Source: a virus. Taken from it: a DNA stretch of 37,992 nt. The notes beneath the pieces were generated by a model. That model saw only the letters and a program-made list of their open reading frames with translations, was not told the DNA's origin and did no database searches. A program made the translations under genes and the position numbers. Position 1 is the first letter of the stretch; each line of letters starts with the position of its first letter. The stretch is taken from the IMG/VR virus record IMGVR_UViG_3300048930_001142; one strand, written 5' to 3'. This document shows, piece by piece, positions 30,794-37,992 of this stretch.

Positions 30794-30815
30794 CCATTAT
30801 CATTAAAATTAATGG
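30794..30815. promoter_or_regulatory. AT-rich inverted repeat (CCATTA-N10-TAATGG) upstream of the Phd/ParE-like operon; candidate operator
   Basis: Read directly, in the 154-bp gap between the patatin stop and the antitoxin start. Confidence 0.3.
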
Positions 30816-30888
30816 TCCATCGCTACAGGCGTAGCCCTTAAAAGCTCAGAGCCCAGCTCATAACCGGGAGGAGGCAAGGCCATTGTCG

Positions 30889-31821
30889 TCAACCTAGGTA
30901 TTTTTCCTCGAGCCAAGACACTGCTGCGGTGAGCTTGACACTTTGAGCCCACTCCATGAGGTCGGCTAGCGCGGCCGTCTCATCTGTTGCAACGCGGCGC
31001 GGAAGCACCTCATCACAGCGAAAATAGGCATTTCCCCCGAGAATCTGTCGGCACTGGTAGTCGGCAATCCCGACGTTGGCGTCGATCATTAGGCTTGTCA
31101 TCGGCTGAGCCCATTGGGCAAAGCCCCAGTCCAGGGTCTTGCCGGAGATCCACTGCGGGCTCCTCCCGGTTGAGAGCGAGAAGACGCGCAGCGAGAGGAG
31201 ATCCTGACGGCCGACGTCGGGGTTGATGGCGAGCGCCACGGCCGCCATCGCCGGGTTGTTGCACCCGACCCCGCCGTCGACATAGCCCTGGTAGCTGGGA
31301 AAGTAGGTCGGCGCCGCGCTCGATCGCAAGGCTACGTCGACTGTCCGTTCCGCGCCGTCTGAATCGGCTCCGGGGTAGTTGTGAAAGAACTTCATTTTCC
31401 ACGTCCGCGGCGAGCCCTCGTTGTCGAGGTCGAAGCTTGGAACGAGCACGCGCCGCTTCAAGCCCGAGAGCAGCCCTTCGCCGAAGATCCGCTCAAGGAC
31501 CCGCTTAAGGTAGCCCTGGTCATAGTCAGCGCCGATGACCTTGCCCATGTCCTGGAGGTTGTCGCACCAGGAGTCGTCAAAGACCTTGGCGCCATGCTTT
31601 TCGAAGAACGTGACAAGCTCGCTTGCCCCCATCCCCGAGGCCAGCGCCATGGCGCTGATCGCCCCGATCGAGGTTCCCGCAAAAAGACGCACCGAGGGCA
31701 AGAACGCCGGCACCGCTTCCGCCAGCCGAGCCAGGATCACAGCTTGATAGGCTCCACGGATACCGCCGCCATCGAGCGCCAAGATTCGATAGGGTCGCAT
31801 CCTCGGCTCAACACGCATCAA
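30889..31821 (-). CDS. Patatin-like phospholipase
   Basis: 310 aa. ILALDGGGIRG (oxyanion loop), GTSIGA (GxSxG nucleophile), VDGGVGCNNP (catalytic Asp). Confidence 0.88.
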   Translation of the reverse strand: MMRVEPRMRPYRILALDGGGIRGAYQAVILARLAEAVPAFLPSVRLFAGTSIGAISAMALASGMGASELVTFFEKHGAKVFDDSWCDNLQDMGKVIGADYDQGYLKRVLERIFGEGLLSGLKRRVLVPSFDLDNEGSPRTWKMKFFHNYPGADSDGAERTVDVALRSSAAPTYFPSYQGYVDGGVGCNNPAMAAVALAINPDVGRQDLLSLRVFSLSTGRSPQWISGKTLDWGFAQWAQPMTSLMIDANVGIADYQCRQILGGNAYFRCDEVLPRRVATDETAALADLMEWAQSVKLTAAVSWLEEKYLG

Positions 31822-31879
31822 GCCACCTTTTGGTTATGGTTTGTTCTCTGGGTCGTGCTTCAGACCTGCCGGGATAGCT

Positions 31880-32452
31880 TCAGGCCGACTCCAGCGCGAC
31901 ATGAAACAAACGCCGCATCCAGCCACGCCCGAAGGTCTTGAACGTCGCAAGCCCTGCGTAGCGCTCGGCACGCGCAGCCATGAAGTCGACAACAAGCTTC
32001 TGGGGGTCAGCTTTCGCGGCAGCGCCAAGCGTCAGTGACCCTATAACGCCGTCGACTGTGACCCCCAAGGCCTTCTGCAAGGTCCGGATGGCAGGCTTCA
32101 CCCCTTGATTGATAGCCGCGTCAAACACTGCCAGACGCAGCTCAGCTGGCAGCTCGCTGCAGCGCGCCGCATCCCAAAAATCACGCCGGTAGATAGCGCG
32201 GGCCTCGTCTGGGGTCAGATCAAGGATCCCCTGCCGGCCAAGCTTGGGGTAGGCCGCAAGCGAGATGCCGTAGTTTGTCAGCCCGCCCGGGTCGCGCGGA
32301 TCGTCAACCAGCCCGCCTTCCAGCTCCAAAATGATCGAGACGGCCTTGCGAAACTGCACCGCGCCCCCCCCCAGAGCCCACGATTTCGTGTGATCTCCAA
32401 GATTTTGGAACATTCCTTGCTCTTTGTCTCGCCGGCGCCCCTGGGCCGTCAC
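31880..32452 (-). CDS. GH108-type lysozyme / endolysin with C-terminal peptidoglycan-binding region (start may be the internal ATG at 32413)
   Basis: ILELEGGLVDDPRDPGGLTNYGIS...YRRDFWD...VFDAAINQG...LGVTVDGVIGSLT fits the GH108 + PG-binding pattern. Confidence 0.8.
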   Translation of the reverse strand: MTAQGRRRDKEQGMFQNLGDHTKSWALGGGAVQFRKAVSIILELEGGLVDDPRDPGGLTNYGISLAAYPKLGRQGILDLTPDEARAIYRRDFWDAARCSELPAELRLAVFDAAINQGVKPAIRTLQKALGVTVDGVIGSLTLGAAAKADPQKLVVDFMAARAERYAGLATFKTFGRGWMRRLFHVALESA

Positions 32453-32467
32453 AAAACCATGGAAAAA

Positions 32468-34486
32468 TCAGGGAAGTAAGCTGACAAGACAGGGAGCAGT
32501 GTCACGGCTTTCGACATCAACGAGATGTTCCAAAACATCTGGAAGGCAGTCCCAGCCGGAATCGGCATCGGTGCTGGAATGAAGATCTTCAACTGGGTCT
32601 ACGCCGTCATCGACAAGCTCATCTAGGCTCACCGTCCTCGAGAGCCCCTTCTCGGCCCGCCACGCCGCAAGCTTCTCGCCGTAGGTCTTGCGCTCGCCAA
32701 ACACCAGTCCAGACTGCAAGACGTCGGGGCAAGACTCGATTGCGTCGCGATAAGCGAGCTGTCGTCCGCTGTGGGGCGTGTAGACTCTGAGCTGTGCGCC
32801 CTGGTACTCAAGCTTTCCAGACAGAAACTCCAGCGCCGCCTGCGCCCGGTAGTGCCGCTTGGTGAAGCACGCCACCAGCCGGCTCCCCTCGAAAAGACCG
32901 ACCCGCTGTCGCCAGCGAATCGCTGCCAGCGAAACCTCCCGAGCTGTGCTGCCGAAGAGCCCTTGAGCCTTGCCGCTCGGCTCCTCAGCGGCCGCCTCTG
33001 AGGCTGCGACCTCTTCGCCGAAGCCTTCTGCAAGAAGGTTTTGAAGACAAGGCGCCACAAGGGCGAGCTTAGGTGAAGTCGCCTCTCGCAGAACCTCCTT
33101 CTGGATCAAACCCTCCGTCCACCCGGGGGTAAACCCCCTTCTTAGGGATGTTCCGCCAGTAAAAGGTAAGTCATCTGTCAGCCACTCAGGAAGGCTGCGA
33201 TCTGAAAAACGGCCCGCCATATGGGGGAGGTTGCGATAGATCGCCTTTACGATCGAACGGGCCTGACGACAGTTGCGTGAATACTCGCAGCCGGGAAGTG
33301 CGGCCATGCGCAACTGAACCTTGGCCTGTGCCTCTTCCCGAGAGAAGCCATGCCACTTGTAGGCAAGCGCAAGCGAAGTCAGCCAGGCGTTACGCTCCCC
33401 GTCTTCGACCAGCTCGGGTCTTTTGATCGAACCGACCGAGCAGAGAAGCCTAGCGCGAGCCCCCCCCCCCCCCCGCTCCTCTCGCGTCAAAAGATCCTCG
33501 GCGCGAGGAAGAAGCCTCTGCACGCTGCCACCAAGAGGAATCGAAAGCCGCCAGCCGGCCTCCACGTACTCCACACGAAGCCAGGACGGAGGAGAGTTCA
33601 GAAACCGGCGCAGAAATTTATCGGAAAGCCCCGTCAGCTTCTGCAGCTGGACCGTCGAGGCCCAGAGAGTCTCGCCCGACAAGAAGCTTGCCTCTGGGAG
33701 GCCTTCCTGGCCATCCTTGGCCCCGAGAAGCCAGGCCACCAGGCGGGCAAGGCCTCCCTCGGCGCGAGCATCGTTATAGATCCGGTCCTGCCGCCGCTCG
33801 CAGGCCTCGAGCTCGTTCAAGTAGCGGTGAAGGTTGCGCAGCACGGGCTCGCGGCCCTGCTCGGCGCGGCGCTGAGCCAGGCGGTTCTCGTAGAGACAGC
33901 GCTCCGGGTTTAGAAAGTTCGGGAAGTCGCGAACCACCCCACGAGCCCCGGGATCAGCGCCAAGCCCCAGGCGGCTCAGCAGCGCGACAAGCCGGCTCTG
34001 GAGGTTGAGCGCCACCTGCTGGTTTTTCTCGGTCGACTTCTGGATCGGCAGAGGATTGATCGCGAGAAGAAGGGCAAGGCCCTTACCTCCGCTGCTCCGG
34101 ATCACATAAGAGATCTGAGAGAAGACCTTGCCGTGCGTCTCGGCGAGGTAGGCGCTGATCTTTGGCCAATCCAGCCTGCCGGCAGAGTCGAGCCACTTAG
34201 GATGAGCCCGGTGGGCATCCAGGTCGAAAACGATCCCGTAAACGGTCTCCGAGCCGTCGCCGTTGCGGTAGGCCGTGCGGATCAGATCCGGGTAGCGGCC
34301 GGCCCAGTCTGGGGGAGCATGGCGAAGCGCCAGGCGCTCTCCCTTGCTGTCAGTGTGCCAGAAGCGAAACTGATAACGCCCAGACTTGGTCTCGTAAGTG
34401 TTTTCAGCAGCAGCAACCATTCCCATCAGCTCCCCAACCGGCAACAACACCCCTGGCCCCTGGCAAAGGCCAGCGGCATGGAACAA
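32468..34486 (-). CDS. Replication protein candidate: primase-polymerase (AEP)-like N-terminus + PriCT-like central domain (true start probably near 34420, MVAAAENTYE)
   Basis: YGIVFDLDAH (DxD-type motif), VIRSSGGKGLAL (sGxG-type motif), GERNAWLTSLALAYKWHGFSREEAQAKV (PriCT-like). No Walker A motif seen. Confidence 0.5.
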   Translation of the reverse strand: MFHAAGLCQGPGVLLPVGELMGMVAAAENTYETKSGRYQFRFWHTDSKGERLALRHAPPDWAGRYPDLIRTAYRNGDGSETVYGIVFDLDAHRAHPKWLDSAGRLDWPKISAYLAETHGKVFSQISYVIRSSGGKGLALLLAINPLPIQKSTEKNQQVALNLQSRLVALLSRLGLGADPGARGVVRDFPNFLNPERCLYENRLAQRRAEQGREPVLRNLHRYLNELEACERRQDRIYNDARAEGGLARLVAWLLGAKDGQEGLPEASFLSGETLWASTVQLQKLTGLSDKFLRRFLNSPPSWLRVEYVEAGWRLSIPLGGSVQRLLPRAEDLLTREERGGGGARARLLCSVGSIKRPELVEDGERNAWLTSLALAYKWHGFSREEAQAKVQLRMAALPGCEYSRNCRQARSIVKAIYRNLPHMAGRFSDRSLPEWLTDDLPFTGGTSLRRGFTPGWTEGLIQKEVLREATSPKLALVAPCLQNLLAEGFGEEVAASEAAAEEPSGKAQGLFGSTAREVSLAAIRWRQRVGLFEGSRLVACFTKRHYRAQAALEFLSGKLEYQGAQLRVYTPHSGRQLAYRDAIESCPDVLQSGLVFGERKTYGEKLAAWRAEKGLSRTVSLDELVDDGVDPVEDLHSSTDADSGWDCLPDVLEHLVDVESRDTAPCLVSLLP
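33460..33474. repeat. 15-nt homopolymeric C (G on the coding strand) tract inside the Rep candidate
   Basis: Counted directly. Encodes RGGGGA between the two predicted domains. Confidence 0.95.
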
Positions 34487-34620
34487 AAAGATCCCTAGAG
34501 GGGGTTGCGAGGAGCCAACCGGGAGAGCTATCGTGGGAGTTGCTGGTGTCCCGCGATTGTTGCGTCTCTTGGTGTTGGCTCTTCGCTTCCCTCGTGAGGA
34601 AAGCGAGCTGTCAGACTTCC

Positions 34621-35523
34621 TTATCTGGGCGTGTGATCCTCCAAAGCGGAGGATCTTACACGCCGGATAAGCCCGTGCGCAAAACTGATGTTGAGAAACA
34701 TCAGCGCAGCGCGCATCAGTGCCTCGACTGTGTAGAGGCGCTCGCTAGCTTGGACACTGCCGCTTTCCTGTGAGCGAATGCGCGCAGCTTGGGAGCGAGC
34801 AGAGTTCTCGCCGAGAAGCCGAAGGGTCGCCTCGCGACGGGTGACATGCTCTTTCGGCAGCGTCTCCATGAGAGCTTCGAGGTGGCGCCTCTCCTTGCGA
34901 AGGTCCTCGACCTCAACGCTTGAGTTTGTAGCGGCCGCCAGCGCCTGCGAGGCGTCGTTTTTGACGCCTGCATGAAGCACCAGCAGCGAAAGAGCGACTA
35001 AGAGCAGTGCGCCGCCGCGCGAGACCAAAAACTGGACAAGCCCTGTCGGGCGATAAACCGAAAGGCCGACAACCCCAACCTCCAGCAAAATCGCCTTCAG
35101 CCAGCCTTCCCAGGTCTCACCGAAAACCGTCACCGATGACCTGACAAGCAGAGTCGATGCTCCGAGAACGACTGCAGCACAGACGGCAACCTGCAGGGCA
35201 TCTGCCGCGTGGCTTTTCTGCGAGATCCGATTTCCGGCAGCGCAGGTTTTCGGTGTCCTCAGCTCGCCGGCTGGTTGGACGGCGCGGCGCGGCACAACTT
35301 CTGGTGCGAGACTGGCTTTCGTCTCGTCAGGTCTTCTGCTCTCTGCTGGTTCCGCCCGGCTGATCTTCTGCTCGGGAGCCGGTGCCAAGGACAGGATCTG
35401 ACTTCTCACGCTAGCCCGACGGTGCGCCTCTTCTGCCGGATACCCTTTGGCCTGCCAGTAAGCGACCCGTTGCCGAAATGCCTTGTTTTGACGCACCGCC
35501 ACATCTATGGAACGCTCTCCCAT
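34621..35523 (-). CDS. Hypothetical membrane protein (3-4 predicted TM helices + coiled coil); start revised to ATG at 35523
   Basis: AAGGAG lies 5 nt upstream of the ATG. Hydrophobic segments: ALQVAVCAAVVLGASTLLV, WLKAILLEVGVVGLSVY, GGALLLVALSLLVLHAGV, ALMRAALMFLNISFAHGLI. Confidence 0.6.
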   Translation of the reverse strand: MGERSIDVAVRQNKAFRQRVAYWQAKGYPAEEAHRRASVRSQILSLAPAPEQKISRAEPAESRRPDETKASLAPEVVPRRAVQPAGELRTPKTCAAGNRISQKSHAADALQVAVCAAVVLGASTLLVRSSVTVFGETWEGWLKAILLEVGVVGLSVYRPTGLVQFLVSRGGALLLVALSLLVLHAGVKNDASQALAAATNSSVEVEDLRKERRHLEALMETLPKEHVTRREATLRLLGENSARSQAARIRSQESGSVQASERLYTVEALMRAALMFLNISFAHGLIRRVRSSALEDHTPR

Positions 35524-35786
35524 GGCATCTCCTTGCCCATTAAGGTGATGTCGCGTCACTCCCCTACTCGGGGTTCGACAACCGACTTGCAGTGTTGGAA
35601 CCACTGCAGGTCGGACTCTAATTTTGAAAAATCGCACCCTCGAACGGGCAGCGCACATTGGTGCGCCATCCAACAGCTCACCTTTGAGCTACAAAGCTTG
35701 GATTCCAAACAAAGATCTCCGAACGCAATAGGCATACGCTTGCCCTGCGGGGAGCATAGGTCTTGAAAAATCTTTTCGAAACTCTC

Positions 35787-35890
35787 GGTCCACAGAGACT
35801 GGGTCCGCACAGACTGGGTCCGCACAGACTGGGTCCGCACAGACTGGGTCCACACAGTCTGGGTCCACACAGACTGGGTCCACACAGACT
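35787..35890 (-). repeat. Inverted-orientation array of the 15-bp repeat: 6 full units + 1 degenerate, three units with a G variant
   Basis: gggtccgcacagact x3, gggtccacacagtct, gggtccacacagact x2. This is the reverse complement of the unit at the window ends. It lies 23 nt downstream of the ParB-like stop. Confidence 0.95.
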
Positions 35891-35912
35891 GTGCTCAGCA
35901 TGACAGCGCAAG

Positions 35913-36491
35913 TCATAGCAGCCCAGGTGCAGTAGGTTTCGCTATAATTTCATCTGGTTCAGCCACACGATAAGCCCATGTTTGGCGCAAGCCGGCGTCG
36001 TATTCTCGGACAACCGAAATAGCTCCAACGTCAATCAGCCTTTTGATGAGTGGAGCAATCGCGGTGCTTCTCAAATCGAACAGCTTTGCATAGGAGCTAT
36101 GAGGCAGCTCTATCAGGCCAGTATTCGGATCACGCATCTCGCGAATAGCGAAATAATAGCCGGCATCGCCTCGAAGCAAACGAGTAATTACCGTTATCTC
36201 CCGGGCACGAGCTGATAAACTGCCATCTTCTTGCGAAGAAGCTCGCGTATTCTCCGTTTCTTGGTCCTTACGTGCGCTGTCTGCCCTTATCGCATCGGCT
36301 ACATGATGATGAACATCCGATGTTTGCTCTTCGACTCTTTCGCGAGCATTAGCGGCCACAGTGAGATGCTCGTCAGGACGACGAGCTTGCCCCTGACGAT
36401 CTATCTTGCGAAGCTTCTGCGGATGACTTCCAATGCGCCCCTGCTTCGCCAGCTTTTTTAGCATTTCCTGAGCATCAGGCATTTCTAACAC
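35913..36491 (-). CDS. Small ParB-like / centromere-binding adaptor candidate (winged-helix-like C-terminus)
   Basis: 192 aa. Overlaps the parA stop by 17 nt. Charged N-terminal half. C-terminus: YFAIREMRDP...SYAKLFDLRSTAIAPLIKRLIDVGAISVVREY. The assignment rests mainly on position. Confidence 0.5.
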   Translation of the reverse strand: MLEMPDAQEMLKKLAKQGRIGSHPQKLRKIDRQGQARRPDEHLTVAANARERVEEQTSDVHHHVADAIRADSARKDQETENTRASSQEDGSLSARAREITVITRLLRGDAGYYFAIREMRDPNTGLIELPHSSYAKLFDLRSTAIAPLIKRLIDVGAISVVREYDAGLRQTWAYRVAEPDEIIAKPTAPGLL

Positions 36492-37692
36492 CTCGCTTCT
36501 CTACGGCAACTCTCCGAGTCGCTGGCTTTTTGCGAAGAGTAACTGCATCGAGGCCGATAATCGCCTTAACAAGCTTATCGAAGTCATCGGCAACACCATT
36601 GCGTCTTCCGCAATCGTACAGACCACGACCAAAATGAATCGCGTTCTTAAGTTCAGCCGAAGTGCGGATGTAGGTGCTATACAGCTTATCCGGATAATCC
36701 TGATAAAGTCGCGACATGTAATGCACGCTTGTGACTTCGCGTGCATCGAAACGCCCAAATATGATTCTTTCCTTCATCGTTTGACGAATCGATGGCCACT
36801 GATTTTTTAAGCGTTCGAGCTCACCAAGTGTCTGCGTAAGCCCTGATATGCACAGCTTGTCTGGATAAACCGGCAAAAGAACAGTGTTCGCAAAGCACGC
36901 AATTGCGGCGTTCGTCGAGGAAAGAGCAGGTGCACAGTCGAAAATGATGTAGTCATACTGTTGCAGAACTTCCGCAAATTTTAGGCGAAACGCCCGCTCC
37001 ACATTTATAGCGCTACGCTGGAGCGTAATCTCAAGATTGCTATTGAGAAGAGTGCTTGGGATGAGATGCAGATTCGGCGTAACCTTGACGATGAGGTCAC
37101 TGACTGTGACAGCAAGCTCTCCACGCTTCTGCTGATCGAACAAATCAGCAAGGATAGCTGTATCCTCATCGACCTCGATTCCATATTGTTCTAGTTCGAA
37201 CGCCGTAGTTAAGTTTGACTGCGGGTCCGCATCGACGACGAGTACTTTCCCGCCGAAAGCAGAGATTCGCGTCGATAACACGTAGCTCGTCGTAGTCTTA
37301 GCTGCTCCCCCCTTGGTAATTTGAACCGCAATTACATGCGCGGTATGCTCTGGCTGATCCAGAGGGAACAGAAAACCTCGGTCAGCAAAAATCGCTCGCA
37401 CATCGTCTGGATGAAGAGTGCGGGCAGCGCCGCTCTTGCTCGTAGAGCGCTCGAAATGCCGAGCCGACGCTTTTTTTAGAATATCGCTTAGTGCCGCTGT
37501 CGATACGCCGATCGTATCGCGCAAGTCTGTTGAGCGGAGCCCAAACGGATTTCTGCAAGCACCACCAGCAAAATCGACGTCTGCCTTCTGGGCTGACTCC
37601 CCTCCTTGCCTCTGCTCACCTTGATCGTCAGCCGCCCCACTTGGGTTGTTATGGTCCTTGCGATCAAGTCGCATTCTTCGCTGCGTCACCAT
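36475..37692 (-). CDS. parA: ParA/SopA-type partition ATPase (long, type Ia-like with N-terminal extension)
   Basis: 405 aa. Deviant Walker A: VIAVQITKGGAAKTTTSYVLS. VLVVDADPQSNLT. Size and N-terminal region as in P1 ParA / F SopA. Confidence 0.88.
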   Translation of the reverse strand: MVTQRRMRLDRKDHNNPSGAADDQGEQRQGGESAQKADVDFAGGACRNPFGLRSTDLRDTIGVSTAALSDILKKASARHFERSTSKSGAARTLHPDDVRAIFADRGFLFPLDQPEHTAHVIAVQITKGGAAKTTTSYVLSTRISAFGGKVLVVDADPQSNLTTAFELEQYGIEVDEDTAILADLFDQQKRGELAVTVSDLIVKVTPNLHLIPSTLLNSNLEITLQRSAINVERAFRLKFAEVLQQYDYIIFDCAPALSSTNAAIACFANTVLLPVYPDKLCISGLTQTLGELERLKNQWPSIRQTMKERIIFGRFDAREVTSVHYMSRLYQDYPDKLYSTYIRTSAELKNAIHFGRGLYDCGRRNGVADDFDKLVKAIIGLDAVTLRKKPATRRVAVEKRGVRNA

Positions 37693-37850
37693 GGAAAGCC
37701 CTCAGAAGCCTCGAGTTGATGCTTTGCAGACATTATGATTAAAAGTGTCAAACACGGTCTGTTCGACATGGTAGCAAAGATTAGCCTGGCACAGCAATAT
37801 TTCTGTGCGAATTAGGCATACTCCGGCATCCACGGCTTCGTTCTCTTAAC

Positions 37851-37992
37851 CCCAGTCTGTGTGGACCCAGTCTGTGTGGACCCAGTCTGTGTGGACCCAG
37901 TCTGTGTGGACCCAGTCTGTGTGGACCCAGTCTGTGTGGACCCAGTCTGTGTGGACCCAGTCTGTGTGGACCCAGTCTGTGTGGACCCAGTC
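37851..37992 (+). repeat. 15-bp tandem array (9 full units + 7 nt) running off the window end; upstream of parA
   Basis: cccagtctgtgtgga repeated exactly from 37851 to the last base. Confidence 0.95.

Larger units (their letters stand above)
1..37992. mobile_element. Tailed-phage genome (lambda-like packaging/head module + P2-like contractile tail module) that also carries plasmid-type partition and replication genes; probably a complete circular phage-plasmid-like replicon
   Basis: Complete set of packaging, head, neck, sheath, tube and baseplate genes, plus a ParA/ParB-like pair, a primase-like Rep candidate, a recombinase and several TA pairs. The window starts and ends inside the same 15-bp tandem array. 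Confidence 0.75.

Noticed and set aside
35556-35916. ORFs 35556-35885, 35678-35911 and 35689-35916 (-) with repeated LCGPS / WTQSV / VCADP peptides
   Set aside because: Same artefact: these reading frames are opened by the inverted copy of the 15-bp array.

Overview
This GC-rich, gene-dense 37,992-bp window looks like a complete temperate tailed-phage genome that also carries plasmid-maintenance genes (phage-plasmid-like). It begins and ends inside the same 15-bp tandem repeat array, so it is probably a circular replicon opened within that array.

Layout:
- 0.3-17.7 kb, minus strand: one morphogenesis operon. The tail and baseplate genes are P2-like (D, X, U, tape measure, E/E+E' frameshift chaperone, tube, sheath, fibre, I, J, W, V). 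The packaging, head and neck genes are lambda-like (TerS-like, GpA terminase, gpW, portal, protease-capsid fusion, FII, Z, U-like).
- 17.6-19.2 kb: an unusual resolvase-like + tyrosine-recombinase fusion.
- 19.7-23.6 kb: an island of toxin-antitoxin-like modules (BrnT/BrnA-like, MqsA-like, DUF4258/DUF2283-like, Phd/ParE-like, and a HigA-like antitoxin next to a decayed toxin). It includes a duplicated 88-aa gene.
- 23.8-29.7 kb: a complete diversity-generating retroelement (DGR). It comprises a 1080-aa target protein with a C-terminal lectin-fold variable region (VR), an extra HTH protein, Avd, a reverse transcriptase, and a template repeat (TR) downstream of the RT. All 11 VR/TR mismatches fall on TR adenines.
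- 29.7-35.5 kb, minus strand: a patatin relic, a second Phd/ParE-like pair, an intact patatin-like phospholipase, a GH108-type lysozyme, a primase-like Rep candidate interrupted by a 15-nt homopolymer, and a membrane protein.
- 35.8-38.0 kb: a lower-GC ParA / small ParB-like operon flanked by inverted arrays of the 15-bp repeat.

The most interesting item is the DGR. It carries a non-canonical HTH/four-helix-bundle-like accessory gene. Three blocks of 9-bp-periodic palindromic TTCSGAAA repeats sit next to the VR hairpin, upstream of that gene and inside it.

All functional calls come from reading motifs by eye. No database search was run.
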